In this document: positions 25,808-35,768 of the stretch, in pieces
Layout of the letters: every line of letters starts with the position of its first letter
Position numbering within the stretch: position 1 is the stretch's first letter
From: Minisyncoccota bacterium
GTDB lineage: Bacteria > Patescibacteriota > Minisyncoccia > Phycocordibacterales > UBA9973
Assembly: GCA_041665885.1 (NCBI GenBank)
Contig: JBAYHY010000004.1
Span: 1-50,343, forward strand
Direction: 5' to 3'
Length of the DNA stretch: 50,343 nucleotides
Notes under the pieces: generated by a model
Databases searched by the model: none
The model's input: the letters and a program-made list of their open reading frames with translations, nothing else
Told to the model about the DNA's origin: nothing
Translations under genes and position numbers: made by a program

Positions 25808-27094
25808 TTATATTTGTTGAGTTTTTTTCTTGCGTTTCAGCAAAATACGCAATAAAAATAAGGCAAATATCGTTGCAATTATTAAAATTAGATAGAGGTA
25901 TGCGTTGCTTGAAGAATCGCTTTCTCCTGGGACTAAATTCTCCTTAACCAACAGCGCCCCCTCGCCTATTATAGTTGAGATATTATCCTTGTATCGATGA
26001 ATTTTTATATGATAGATGCCGGCATTTGGGAGTGAAGGAATTACACTTTGATAACGCTTGCTGTCTGCATTATATGAAAATAAATATTGCCCAATAACCA
26101 CCCCTTCCCCATCCACAACTTCCATCCAATCGTCAGGAAGAGTTTTTATATTCGTATCGATGATTGTGCTTTTGTTATTTTCAATCGTGATTACTTTTGT
26201 GCTCGTAAGTATTTCCGCTTGTTGATTGTATTGATATACAAAAAAGTTTTCTGGGATAAAAACTTCTGGGGGAATCTCTGTTCCCGGGGCCGGAGGCAAA
26301 GAAGAATAAGCAGATTGAGAAATTCCTGTGCCTGTTGAAAAATTTCCATTTATGTCTCTCGAAAATAATACATAAAAATATTTTTTTCCTTCTGTCACAT
26401 TTTTATCCAAAAATTTTTCTCCATTTCCTTCATAAATTAATTTCCCCAAGAATGGGTCTCCCCTGAAACGATCTTCATGTCTCATGATACGAATATAAGA
26501 AAAATTATTGTCCAGCGGATTCTGCCAGGTGATAGTGATACCGGAAACATCAGCAGACGTTTTCACATTTAGCGGACCCGAAGGGAGGGTGGTATCTTTT
26601 AAAAATTTTGTAAAAAAATAAGTCGATGGATGTATGCTATTTTTTCCATTAATGTCCTGACTTTCAATCGTAAAATAATACATTGTGCCAGCCTTTAGAT
26701 TCAATATTTCCATCCTGTGTTCTCTGGCAAAAACAACACTACGAAGGATGCCCTCTTTCGCTTCCATGGTCACTCCCCATTTTATGGTACTTATGGTGCT
26801 GACAGAAGTGTCCCAGCTGATAATTGCATTAACAAAATTTGCCTGAATAGACAAATTATAAATAGGGATATTCTCTCTAATTTTACTCCCGCTACTGGTG
26901 GAGGGTGGCGGGACCACGATTGCACAATCTACGGGACAAGAAACAACGGTCTCGCCGACTTCACATATGCCGTTATTATTACAACCATCAACTCCTAGAT
27001 TAACCTTAATTCCATCTGCCCCAGTATAAGCAAAAGCAGCATTATGCTGCAACAAAAATAAGACAATTATTAAAAAAACTAGTCGCTTTCCCAT
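25808..27094 (-). CDS. Secreted fibronectin type III-like protein with Cys-rich N-terminus and C-terminal TM anchor
   Basis: CNNNGICEVGETVVSCPVDC; LKAGTMYYFTI and ITITWQNP FN3-like segments; C-terminal TM plus basic tail. Confidence 0.7.
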   Translation of the reverse strand: MGKRLVFLIIVLFLLQHNAAFAYTGADGIKVNLGVDGCNNNGICEVGETVVSCPVDCAIVVPPPSTSSGSKIRENIPIYNLSIQANFVNAIISWDTSVSTISTIKWGVTMEAKEGILRSVVFAREHRMEILNLKAGTMYYFTIESQDINGKNSIHPSTYFFTKFLKDTTLPSGPLNVKTSADVSGITITWQNPLDNNFSYIRIMRHEDRFRGDPFLGKLIYEGNGEKFLDKNVTEGKKYFYVLFSRDINGNFSTGTGISQSAYSSLPPAPGTEIPPEVFIPENFFVYQYNQQAEILTSTKVITIENNKSTIIDTNIKTLPDDWMEVVDGEGVVIGQYLFSYNADSKRYQSVIPSLPNAGIYHIKIHRYKDNISTIIGEGALLVKENLVPGESDSSSNAYLYLILIIATIFALFLLRILLKRKKKTQQI

Positions 27095-27103
27095 ATAAAA
27101 TTA

Positions 27104-27877
27104 TTATAACACCAAAGCAGTGACGACGATCGAAGCAGAATAACTGCCAGAAGTTTGGATATGCGCCGAACCTGACTCAGCGCGAAAACGCACATTTACC
27201 GCGCTGCCCGTAGGCTGATTGCTGCCCCCCTTGCCGGCAATTGTCTTGGGCGAAGTGGAAAGCCCATCCCAACATTTACCACTAACCTCTCCCGTGCCAG
27301 TATTGCATATCAAACCATTGTCTTTAAAACGTGCATTTGTATCGACACCCTCTGGCGAAAAACCAAAAGCTGAAGTGGAAGAAAGAATAGAAAAATTATA
27401 ATCTGGGTCTGTCCCGGCCGGGGTATAATCAGAAAATGAATCATCAGCAGATCGAAGAGCTGGAATAGTTGTCGTTTTAATATCCATAACATAACCGGCA
27501 GTGTTATCTGTCACAATTTGCCAAGACATTGTCCCTTCTGTCGTTTCCCCATTTATCCCTCCGATATGAGTCAGGGCTAAGTCTGCGGGGGTAGAAATAG
27601 ATATATAGCTTTCCTGCATCTGCCAAAAACCCGCATGCAGATAATAATTGTTGCTATTTGAATCCCCCGTACCCACTTCCCCCAAAGTATCGTCAAGACT
27701 ATAGGTAGTACTCGTAGAAGCTTCTCCCCCGACATTGATACTGTCAGAGGTAATACGATAGGTATTACTTTGCATCGATTCCGCAAAAATCGTGTATAGA
27801 GGTATAAATAATAAAGAAATAAAGAAAAAAACCATAGCACTTCTTTTCTTAAGAAAAGATGTAATATTTTTTTTCAT
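27104..27877 (-). CDS. Secreted two-domain protein; C-terminal domain paralogous to the WxL/fimbrial-like subunits
   Basis: Signal peptide; W.IVTDNTAGY...PAL....DSFSDYT...FGFS; ends GSYSASIVVTAL. Confidence 0.6.
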   Translation of the reverse strand: MKKNITSFLKKRSAMVFFFISLLFIPLYTIFAESMQSNTYRITSDSINVGGEASTSTTYSLDDTLGEVGTGDSNSNNYYLHAGFWQMQESYISISTPADLALTHIGGINGETTEGTMSWQIVTDNTAGYVMDIKTTTIPALRSADDSFSDYTPAGTDPDYNFSILSSTSAFGFSPEGVDTNARFKDNGLICNTGTGEVSGKCWDGLSTSPKTIAGKGGSNQPTGSAVNVRFRAESGSAHIQTSGSYSASIVVTALVL

Positions 27878-27884
27878 TTCGTGA

Positions 27885-28862
27885 TTATTTTTTTCTTAAT
27901 TCAAAACGAGTCAAAATATAATAGAAGGACACAACCAGAAGCAGAATTACTGCAAACACGGGAACAAGTATTTTCCATGGAATTATCCAAAAGGACAACT
28001 TGGCATCAGCATATTCATTGTTATAACCTTTGTACAAAGAAAGATTTGCGGTGTAGCGCCCCAAACTAAAACCATTGGTCCAGTTTACCTCTCTGTATCT
28101 TATGGAATCTGGAAGAACAAAATACGCATCGACGGGTAACGTGCCGACGGTCTGACCAAATATGTTTTTTATAGTGATAGTTCCATAGGGCACAAGGTGA
28201 ACATTCCCCGTATTTTTGTATGCGATTTCAAACCCAGCCGGCCGGCTACTATAAAACATTTGAGTCGGCCCTATTGTCTTAAAATTTTCAATATTTCCTT
28301 CTTCTTTCCCCTCTCCGTTAATTCTTAACAAGAAAAGAGACCCGATTCTGGAAATAATACGAGTTTTGCCTTCAACCTCGCTTGTCCCGTCAGTCCCCAG
28401 CTTGTCAGGGTCATTTGATACAATTAACGCGCCGTAATAACCTCTAGGCTCAGCATCCTTGGGCACCGATACAGTGACCGGAATAGTGATTTTCTCTCCG
28501 AACTCTAAACTAAATTCTGTAATTTCAGGAATGATAAAATCCTTAAGTGAATAGGGACTGTTTGCATCCCCGAGAAGCACGACTGGCTGCTTCGCATCAT
28601 TTGAACCGATGAAATCCTCCGTGCTTAATTTGAATTTAACCGTCTTGTTTACTCTGTTGGTTATCGAAATGTTCTTAACCATGTTTTCTCCAGGATTTAG
28701 AAAAACTTCTGTCTTTCCTGGCTCTACCACGAAGTCATTTTGCGCAGTTACGTCAACATTGATCTTCGTATATGCTTCTGCCTGTAAGGGCAATGAAGAA
28801 ATACCTACAAATACAGAAATGATTGTTACACTATATATTATTTTTTTTATTGAAAAAATCAT
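27885..28862 (-). CDS. DUF916/DUF3324-like (WxL-interacting-protein-like) membrane-anchored protein
   Basis: Signal peptide, two predicted beta-sandwiches (ISITNR...ITIPVTVSVP..GYYGALIV; YKNTGNVHLVP.G.I.I), IIPW before C-terminal TM. Confidence 0.65.
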   Translation of the reverse strand: MIFSIKKIIYSVTIISVFVGISSLPLQAEAYTKINVDVTAQNDFVVEPGKTEVFLNPGENMVKNISITNRVNKTVKFKLSTEDFIGSNDAKQPVVLLGDANSPYSLKDFIIPEITEFSLEFGEKITIPVTVSVPKDAEPRGYYGALIVSNDPDKLGTDGTSEVEGKTRIISRIGSLFLLRINGEGKEEGNIENFKTIGPTQMFYSSRPAGFEIAYKNTGNVHLVPYGTITIKNIFGQTVGTLPVDAYFVLPDSIRYREVNWTNGFSLGRYTANLSLYKGYNNEYADAKLSFWIIPWKILVPVFAVILLLVVSFYYILTRFELRKK

Positions 28863-28878
28863 TTTTAAATTTTATTTT

Positions 28879-29508
28879 TTATAATGTAACAGCCGTACCA
28901 GTAATGGTGGCAGTATATGTCCCAGCGGCCGCAAAGACAGCATTTTGTTGAGCGGCAAAACAAATCGTCGTGGTAATACCGGCGACTGGGGTGGTGGTAG
29001 CCCTTGTGGCAATTATTTTGTCTGACGTGGAAAATCCAACATATTTTTGAGCGGCAGCGGGTACACCAGCTGCACCGCAAGATGCAGATGTCCCCCATGT
29101 GCCAGTGGCCGTGTCAGTACCATAAGCCGAATATCCAAATTCTTTTGCTCCGCTACCGACACTCCATAACTCAGGAGTCCCTCCGGCTGTCTCCGTATAA
29201 TCAGCAAATGAATTACCACCGCTTACCAATGCCGGGGAAGCAGAAGCCTTCACCGCCAAAGAATACCCGGCTGCTCCGTTAGTTATTACCAGCCAAGAAG
29301 AACTGCCGATAGATCCATTGGCAGACACACCGATATGCGGAGCCATGGTGACGGCGGCCCCATCTGAAATAGTAATACCAGAATCGACATCCAAGGTCAC
29401 GACCACTTGGTCTGTGACAGCGAAGGCATATTCCGTCAAAGAATAAAATTGAACAAAAAGAAAAAGAATCAGAAAACTTATTACAAATTTCTTATTTATT
29501 TTTTTCAT
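28879..29508 (-). CDS. Secreted WxL/fimbrial-subunit-like protein, paralog A
   Basis: Signal peptide, DQVVVTLDV first strand, C-terminal GTYTATITGTAVTL. Confidence 0.6.
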   Translation of the reverse strand: MKKINKKFVISFLILFLFVQFYSLTEYAFAVTDQVVVTLDVDSGITISDGAAVTMAPHIGVSANGSIGSSSWLVITNGAAGYSLAVKASASPALVSGGNSFADYTETAGGTPELWSVGSGAKEFGYSAYGTDTATGTWGTSASCGAAGVPAAAQKYVGFSTSDKIIATRATTTPVAGITTTICFAAQQNAVFAAAGTYTATITGTAVTL

Positions 29509-29579
29509 AAAAACTAAATCAAATGTTAATTTCTTTTATATACACGCACTCTCCTCTTCAAAAAACGAAACCGTATAAA

Positions 29580-30206
29580 TTATAATGTAACAGCCGTACC
29601 AGTAATAGTGGCAGTATATGTCCCAGCGGCCGCAAAAACCGTGTCCTGTTCAGCGGCAAAACAGATTGTGGTGGTTATGCCCGTGGTAGGAGTGACAGTC
29701 GCCCTTGTGGCAATTATTTTATCCGTTGGGGTCGCTGCAAATCCTACATATTTTTGAGTTCCGGTCGGAGCACCCGCTGAGCCACAAGAAGTCCCCGTCC
29801 CCCAAGTGGCTGTACTTGTGTCTGTCCCATATGCTGAATATCCAAATTCCTTGCTCGCCGCAGGCACACTCCACACTTCAGGAGTTCCGGGTGTCGCTTC
29901 GGTATAATTAGCAAAAGAATCCGTGGCACTCTTCAACGCCGGATCAGTCGAATCATGTACCGATAAACTATAACCACTTGCTCCGTTCGTTATTACCGTC
30001 CAAGTAGAACTACCGATAGAACCATTCGCAGTGATGCTAATGTGTGGGGCCATGGTGACGGCGGCCCCATCTGAAATAGTAATACCAGAATCGACATCCA
30101 GGGTCACGACCACTTGGTCTGTGACACCGAAGGCATATTCCGTCAAAGAATAAAATTGAACAAAAAGAAAAAGAATCAGAAAACTTATTACAAATTTCTT
30201 ATTCAT
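29580..30206 (-). CDS. Secreted WxL/fimbrial-subunit-like protein, paralog B
   Basis: As paralog A; start reassigned to ATG 30206 by alignment. Confidence 0.6.
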   Translation of the reverse strand: MNKKFVISFLILFLFVQFYSLTEYAFGVTDQVVVTLDVDSGITISDGAAVTMAPHISITANGSIGSSTWTVITNGASGYSLSVHDSTDPALKSATDSFANYTEATPGTPEVWSVPAASKEFGYSAYGTDTSTATWGTGTSCGSAGAPTGTQKYVGFAATPTDKIIATRATVTPTTGITTTICFAAEQDTVFAAAGTYTATITGTAVTL

Positions 30207-30276
30207 GTTTATAATAAAATTAAAAACTAATAGATATTGCAAGTATATTGTTTTTTTTCAAAAAAAGAAAGCACAG

Positions 30277-30294
30277 TTATCCACCTTATCCACA
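30277..30294 (+). promoter_or_regulatory. Two abutting DnaA boxes upstream of the subunit genes
   Basis: TTATCCACC-TTATCCACA. Confidence 0.55.
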
Positions 30295-30312
30295 GTACTT
30301 GAATTTTATGAT

Positions 30313-31203
30313 TTATATTTTTTCCCCGACTAAAGCTTTAATTCTTTCTTCCACGGGTGGATGAGTGGCAAAAAGTCCGGTAATTTTTTTACCTAGTTTT
30401 GAACCCTTCGGGTCGGCGATGTATAGATGCGCTATCACACTCGATTGATGCGCCATGGGTTGACTATATTCAGAAATTTTTCGAAGCGCGTTCGCCAGTC
30501 CTTCCGGATAACGGGTAAGTAGTGCCCCGGATGCATCTGCTAGAAATTCACGTTTTCTGGAAATCGCTAATTGAATCAAAATTGCAAAAAGTGGCGCAAG
30601 AATCGAAAGAATAATTCCAACAAGCATAAACAAACCACCTCCCCCTTCACCGTCTCTCCTTCTGCCAAAAAATAAATTTCTCCTGAAGACATCTGCGGCA
30701 ATGGTGACGAAACCGACAAGGACTACGACGACAGTAGAGAGCAACATATCTCTGTTGCCCACGTGTGAAAGTTCATGCGCGATTACTCCTTCCAGTTCGG
30801 TCTTGTCCAAAATGGCAAGTAGGCCGGTCGTGGCGCAAACGACGGCATGCTTTTTATCTCTACCCGTAGCAAAAGCGTTCGGGGCCCTGTCCTCTACCAC
30901 GTACACTCTCGGCATCGGCAAACCAGCCGTGATAGAAAGATTCTCCACGCTCGTGTATAAATCAAAATATTCTTCCCTTTTGGCTTCTTTGGCACCGGCA
31001 AGCTTGAGCACGATTTTATCTGAAAACCAGTAAGAAAAAACGTTCATCAAAATACTGAAAATAACAAAAAAATAAAGAATATCGGGGCTACCGTAATAAA
31101 TACTGAAAAACCAGCCGATTCCAATGACTATCACAAAAAATGCTGACATTAAAACCCAGGTTTTCGTAACATTTTTTGTTTGTTCGGTATATAACGTAGC
31201 CAT
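30313..31203 (-). CDS. htpX: Zinc metalloprotease HtpX (M48)
   Basis: PNAFATG, GVIAHELSHV, SRKREFLADA, FATHPP. Confidence 0.95.
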   Translation of the reverse strand: MATLYTEQTKNVTKTWVLMSAFFVIVIGIGWFFSIYYGSPDILYFFVIFSILMNVFSYWFSDKIVLKLAGAKEAKREEYFDLYTSVENLSITAGLPMPRVYVVEDRAPNAFATGRDKKHAVVCATTGLLAILDKTELEGVIAHELSHVGNRDMLLSTVVVVLVGFVTIAADVFRRNLFFGRRRDGEGGGGLFMLVGIILSILAPLFAILIQLAISRKREFLADASGALLTRYPEGLANALRKISEYSQPMAHQSSVIAHLYIADPKGSKLGKKITGLFATHPPVEERIKALVGEKI

Positions 31204-31700
31204 TATTCTATGGTAATGGGAATTAAAATGCTTTTATCGTTCTCTGGAAGCCCAGAAGCGTTATCGTTGTGAACTTCAATATAAGCTGGCCCCTTTGGCA
31301 GTGTCGAAAAATCAATGGTGGTCTTGAAGGAAACGGGCCCCGCGGTCATCCATTCACTCGTAGCATTGCCATTGCCAGCCTGAAGTAAATTTTTGTCTTT
31401 ACCCAAAACATTTATTAAAATATTTCCTTCAAAAAAATAACCCCCTTTGACAGAACCGGTGATTTCTACCACGCCTCTGACTTTTTGATTTGGCAGAACG
31501 GAAAGAAAAACTAAGTCGTCTTTATTCCCGAAAACTTGTAGCTCATTTTCGTTCGACGTTTTTCCCTCCTGATTTTGACTCCAAAAAGGAAAATACGTTT
31601 CTTTGTTCTCGAACATCACCAAAAGGGCGACTATCATCAGAATAATCAGAATAAATAATAGCGCAGTATTTAATTTCGAACCAAAAAAATTATTTTGCAT
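31203..31700 (-). CDS. Membrane-anchored Gmad2-like Ig-fold protein
   Basis: ITGSVKGGYFFEG, WMTAGPVSF, DNASGLPEND; start reassigned to ATG 31700. Confidence 0.7.
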   Translation of the reverse strand: MQNNFFGSKLNTALLFILIILMIVALLVMFENKETYFPFWSQNQEGKTSNENELQVFGNKDDLVFLSVLPNQKVRGVVEITGSVKGGYFFEGNILINVLGKDKNLLQAGNGNATSEWMTAGPVSFKTTIDFSTLPKGPAYIEVHNDNASGLPENDKSILIPITIE

Positions 31701-31740
31701 ACCTATATCGTACACAAAAATATGCTAAAAATCAATTCAA

Positions 31741-33450
31741 TTATAGATCTCCTTCCTCAATGCTCTCGAGTCTTTTCGCAAAATACTTTTCTGCTTCCTC
31801 CACATCCCTGGACAATGTATTCATCGTTTCTTTGTCATTCTCTGTAAGCTTGTCTTTTATTTCATCATTTTTAAATATTTTTATACTTTGTTTTATATCC
31901 TCATTTAATATCTTGAATATCTTATGGGCTTCACTTTCTGTTTGATCAAGATCTGTCAAAAGTTTTCTTCTCATTTTCTTCAACCGATGATAGAAATGAT
32001 ATGCGAGGTACAACAAGATGACCAAGAGCAACAGAACCGGGATAGCGACAGACAATATCTCAATTGCCAGCAAACTTAATTTGATAAACGCGGGTTTGTT
32101 TATGACAACGAAGTATTTATAAGAAGGTGGGCTAATCACCTCCGCCGATCTTACCGCCTCAGCATAAAAGGACACTAAGCCAGCATTGTTCGTAAAATCA
32201 CTCGTGAAAGTAAAACTGCCGTCTTCCAATGATCTGGTAATATAACTTTTTTCATCGAGATTTTCTTCTTTTAACCAAATACGAACATCCGTATTTGGAT
32301 ACGAGGTCCCCATAATTTCTATTTTTTCTCCTTTTTCAATTGATTCAGAATATTTGATAATTTGTGGAGACTTGTTCTCCGGAAAAACAGTTGTTAAAAC
32401 TTTTTCGCTTAAGTTGCCCGCCCTATCGTAAGCAATAATACTTAGATCATGTCTACCGGGCGCCACTGGTGGTAGTGTTATTTTTGTTAAACCATCACTT
32501 CCCCCCACCTCCGAGATCACCCCACCCTCAAGCAAAATTTTATATTTATTTATCCCAGAGGTGGCGTCCGTACTTTCAACCTGAAGCAAAACGAGGTCGT
32601 CCCCGGAGGCAGAACTGGTAATACTCGTAATAACTGGAGCCGTAGTATCGGTCTTAAATTTAAAGTGGGTGGTCTTACTCCAGCCCGCACCATTTTTAAA
32701 CCTTATATGAAGATAGTGAATTCCGTCACCTAAATCCTTAAGTGTTTTTTCTTTAATGGGTGGAGAATATGTAATGGAAGGAATTGAAGTTGGAGAGGAG
32801 TTTAGTAATGTTTGCACGGTAGAAACACCCGATGACAAATCCCAAGAAAAAGTAATCTTATTGAGTGAATACCAATCTTCATAAGACGCTATTTCCGAAG
32901 AAACGACAACGGGAGACGTCGGAAGTTTTTCTGACTCCATCGCTTGTTCTATTGTTTCAGCCCCTTGATATGAAATAATGTTTACTGCAATTCCCCTTTT
33001 AGAAGAGGCGACGTTTGTCCCCAGTCCATCGTTTGCGTAAATGCTTGCGGAATTAAATAAAATTTGAGCATTTCCAGCCTTTTTTGCTTTAAACAACACA
33101 CTGATTACTTTTCCACTTGTTCCCCTAAACCCCGGATTTGGAACACCCCCATTGAAAGAAATAGTTCCATTGATATTCGAAAACGTCGGTTGCTCAACCC
33201 ACATAGAAAACACCGAACCACTGCTACTTATAGAATCAACACTCAATAAATCAACCGGAAAAGAAATTAAACCTTCAATACTATTTATATATATTCCGGC
33301 GGTGTCTGTATTCACAGTCACGGTGAACGTTTGGTTTTCTGTTACAGTTTGGTTATTACTAGTACAAAAAATATCCGCCGCATTCACGGTTCTAAAAACA
33401 AACAGCGAAACTAGTATAAAAACAATTTTTAAATAAAAATTATTCTTCAT
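31741..33450 (-). CDS. Cohesin-domain protein with Ig-like domains, TM anchor and cytoplasmic coiled coil
   Basis: INSIEGLISFP..LL.V.SI...SVF.MWVEQP......ISF.GG.P cohesin-like pattern. Confidence 0.75.
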   Translation of the reverse strand: MKNNFYLKIVFILVSLFVFRTVNAADIFCTSNNQTVTENQTFTVTVNTDTAGIYINSIEGLISFPVDLLSVDSISSSGSVFSMWVEQPTFSNINGTISFNGGVPNPGFRGTSGKVISVLFKAKKAGNAQILFNSASIYANDGLGTNVASSKRGIAVNIISYQGAETIEQAMESEKLPTSPVVVSSEIASYEDWYSLNKITFSWDLSSGVSTVQTLLNSSPTSIPSITYSPPIKEKTLKDLGDGIHYLHIRFKNGAGWSKTTHFKFKTDTTAPVITSITSSASGDDLVLLQVESTDATSGINKYKILLEGGVISEVGGSDGLTKITLPPVAPGRHDLSIIAYDRAGNLSEKVLTTVFPENKSPQIIKYSESIEKGEKIEIMGTSYPNTDVRIWLKEENLDEKSYITRSLEDGSFTFTSDFTNNAGLVSFYAEAVRSAEVISPPSYKYFVVINKPAFIKLSLLAIEILSVAIPVLLLLVILLYLAYHFYHRLKKMRRKLLTDLDQTESEAHKIFKILNEDIKQSIKIFKNDEIKDKLTENDKETMNTLSRDVEEAEKYFAKRLESIEEGDL

Positions 33451-34012
33451 TTTTTCTTTTTTTGAGAATTCGATAAAAATAGAAAATTACCAGAATAATT
33501 ATTATACCGAAAAAGAACCAATTGTTTTTAATCTCCTCTTTCTCTTTCACGAGAATTTTATAATTCACCGGGGCAGACAATACCTCCGTGCCGAAACTAT
33601 CATTTAAATACGCAGCCATGTTTTGAGATGAAAAAGAAATGGTTCCCGCTGATCTTGGAATGATCGAAAGATCAAACACCCTTAGATCTTTTCCGAAAAC
33701 TCCTCCCGGCGTCCCTCCCGTAAATGAAATTTTTTGTCCTGAAATGCTGGGTTCATTCGGCCACATGCTAAATATCGACTTTTCTATACTTACACCGACA
33801 ATATCCAACGAACCCCCTATTTCCAGGCTTCCTTCTAAAACATTTATTTCATTGTCTCCCGTGTCAACATATATTTTGAACATCGCTGGCTCACCGACAA
33901 TAATCCTGGTGGGTTCTTTTATGTAAACATTTAAAGTATTAGCAAAAGATATTTTTGGTAATAAACTAATTGTTATAATAAATATAAATGCAAAAAAGAA
34001 AAATTTTTTCAT
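33440..34012 (-). CDS. Single cohesin-domain protein with C-terminal TM anchor
   Basis: INVLEGSL...SIFSMWPNEP...ISFTGGTP; C-terminal TM. Confidence 0.72.
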   Translation of the reverse strand: MKKFFFFAFIFIITISLLPKISFANTLNVYIKEPTRIIVGEPAMFKIYVDTGDNEINVLEGSLEIGGSLDIVGVSIEKSIFSMWPNEPSISGQKISFTGGTPGGVFGKDLRVFDLSIIPRSAGTISFSSQNMAAYLNDSFGTEVLSAPVNYKILVKEKEEIKNNWFFFGIIIILVIFYFYRILKKRKNEE

Positions 34013-34025
34013 ATATTATTCAAAA

Positions 34026-35720
34026 TTAATTAGAAACTGCTCCTACCTTTCCCCATTGTGAAAGTAAAATTGAGAAATCGACCGAATTAACCTTCAAATC
34101 TTTGTTTATATCCACATTTGGGTTTGAAAAGGGTGGATTTGTCTTCCAAAAAGCCAAAAGAATTGAAAAATCTACTGAATTGACCTTTCCATCACCACTG
34201 AAGTCAGCGACGTTGCGGGCACCATTGTTCACTGGTGGAAAATTCGTAGTTCCATCACCACCTCCACCACCTCCTCCGCCCCCACCTCCGGGAGTTGAAG
34301 AAATAGCCACAAATGACCTTGAAGCACCGGATTTTTCAGTACCATAATTTACTGCCACCTTAAAATAATAACTTCCCGGAGCAACAACCGTAGAAGACAA
34401 AATCGTGTCAAAATTTTCACCCGGATTAATTAATTTTGAAGCTGAAGAATAATAAGTGTCATCTCCACCACCACAATCGTTGCTCAAATTTGTGACCACA
34501 CACCATTCATAATAATATTCAAAACCAGTGAAACCTTCATTGGTAATACGAACATTCGCAGTTATATTCGGAACAGTAAGATCTTCCATGCTGGTGATTA
34601 TCACCTGTGGCGGAGCAGAAGTAGTCAGGGAGCGAACGGAATAATTCCACACATCCGCTACTAAAGTACCGAAGGTGGTGAGAGAGCGGGCGGAATATCC
34701 CCAGGTGTTGAGCGGAATACTTGCAATGTCTGCCCAGTTAATCGTATCTGTCTTGGCCTGGATGGCGGCGGCTGTCGTCCCCAGGGTGCCAATGTCACCC
34801 CAAGCGATAGTGTCAGTCTTCGTCTTGATGCCGGTCACATCTGCCCAAGCGATGGTATCGGTCTTCGTCTTGATGCCGGTCACATCTGCCCAAGCAAGGG
34901 TGTCCGTCTTGGCTTTAATGTCTCCAGCCGTGGTGACCAGTCCGGTTACATTACCCCAAGCGATGGTATCGGTCTTCGTTTTGATACCGGTAATATTTCC
35001 TGTGCCCACTTCGGTAATCAAAGTAGCCACATTTCCTTTAATCGCAGTTACATCTGTCCAATCGAGAGTATCCGTCTTGGCTTTAATGGCAGTGACATCG
35101 GATTCAACTGTACCGCCAAGAGAAGTTAAGGTTCTGGTGGTATTGCCCCACACATCCGCTACTAAAGTACCGAAGGTGGTGAGACTCCTCGTCGTAGAAC
35201 CCCAGATATCAGCCACGAGTGTTCCAAAAGTAGTCAGAGACCTGGTAGTATTGCCCCAAACATCAGAGACCAAACTTCCGAAAGTCGTAAGAGAGCGCGT
35301 TCCGGAACCCCACACAGATGAAGCAATGTCATTATTTAGCGAAGCCACCGTCGGCACAACAACGAATGTTTTATCCACCACGATTAAGTCCCCTCCACCA
35401 CCACTTCCACAAGACATAGCGGTAGACCAACTTCCCGTAGATTCTCCTCCACCCACAGCATAATCATAATAATGCCAACCAGTGGCAATAGTAGTCATAG
35501 CTCCAGCATTTACTTTTAAGGTTCCAACAGGGTCATTGATGGTTATCGTGCAAGCAGTGACCGACGGCGTATAATCATCGTTATAAACAAATTCACCAAT
35601 TCTGATAGTATCTCCAAGCGAGACTTTTTGATATTCTGCGTTCGCAATATTGGGAGAGGCAAAAATAATCCAAAAAATGGGCAGGAATAAAAAATGAATT
35701 AATAACGTTTGTTTGTTCAT
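34026..35720 (-). CDS. Secreted repeat-stalk fibre protein with poly-Gly linker and C-terminal dockerin
   Basis: Signal peptide; 16-aa and 15-aa repeats; duplicated loops DFSGDGKVNSVDFS and DINKDLKVNSVDFS. Confidence 0.78.
   Translation of the reverse strand: MNKQTLLIHFLFLPIFWIIFASPNIANAEYQKVSLGDTIRIGEFVYNDDYTPSVTACTITINDPVGTLKVNAGAMTTIATGWHYYDYAVGGGESTGSWSTAMSCGSGGGGDLIVVDKTFVVVPTVASLNNDIASSVWGSGTRSLTTFGSLVSDVWGNTTRSLTTFGTLVADIWGSTTRSLTTFGTLVADVWGNTTRTLTSLGGTVESDVTAIKAKTDTLDWTDVTAIKGNVATLITEVGTGNITGIKTKTDTIAWGNVTGLVTTAGDIKAKTDTLAWADVTGIKTKTDTIAWADVTGIKTKTDTIAWGDIGTLGTTAAAIQAKTDTINWADIASIPLNTWGYSARSLTTFGTLVADVWNYSVRSLTTSAPPQVIITSMEDLTVPNITANVRITNEGFTGFEYYYEWCVVTNLSNDCGGGDDTYYSSASKLINPGENFDTILSSTVVAPGSYYFKVAVNYGTEKSGASRSFVAISSTPGGGGGGGGGGGDGTTNFPPVNNGARNVADFSGDGKVNSVDFSILLAFWKTNPPFSNPNVDINKDLKVNSVDFSILLSQWGKVGAVSN
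34620..35330. repeat. Intragenic 45-bp and 48-bp repeat arrays
   Basis: tcttcgtcttgatgccggtcacatctgcccaagc in tandem with 45-bp period; ccacacatccgctactaaagtaccgaaggtggtgaga at about 34647 and 35148. Confidence 0.85.
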
Positions 35721-35768
35721 TTTTGTTATAATTATAATACATGAAATCTTTATTAATATCCATAAAAG

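Noticed and set aside
25656-30312. Replication origin from DnaA boxes
   Set aside because: At most two boxes per gap, no dnaA/dnaN nearby, no switch in gene orientation
34675-35463. 262-aa repetitive plus-strand ORF
   Set aside because: Antisense shadow of the fibre repeats
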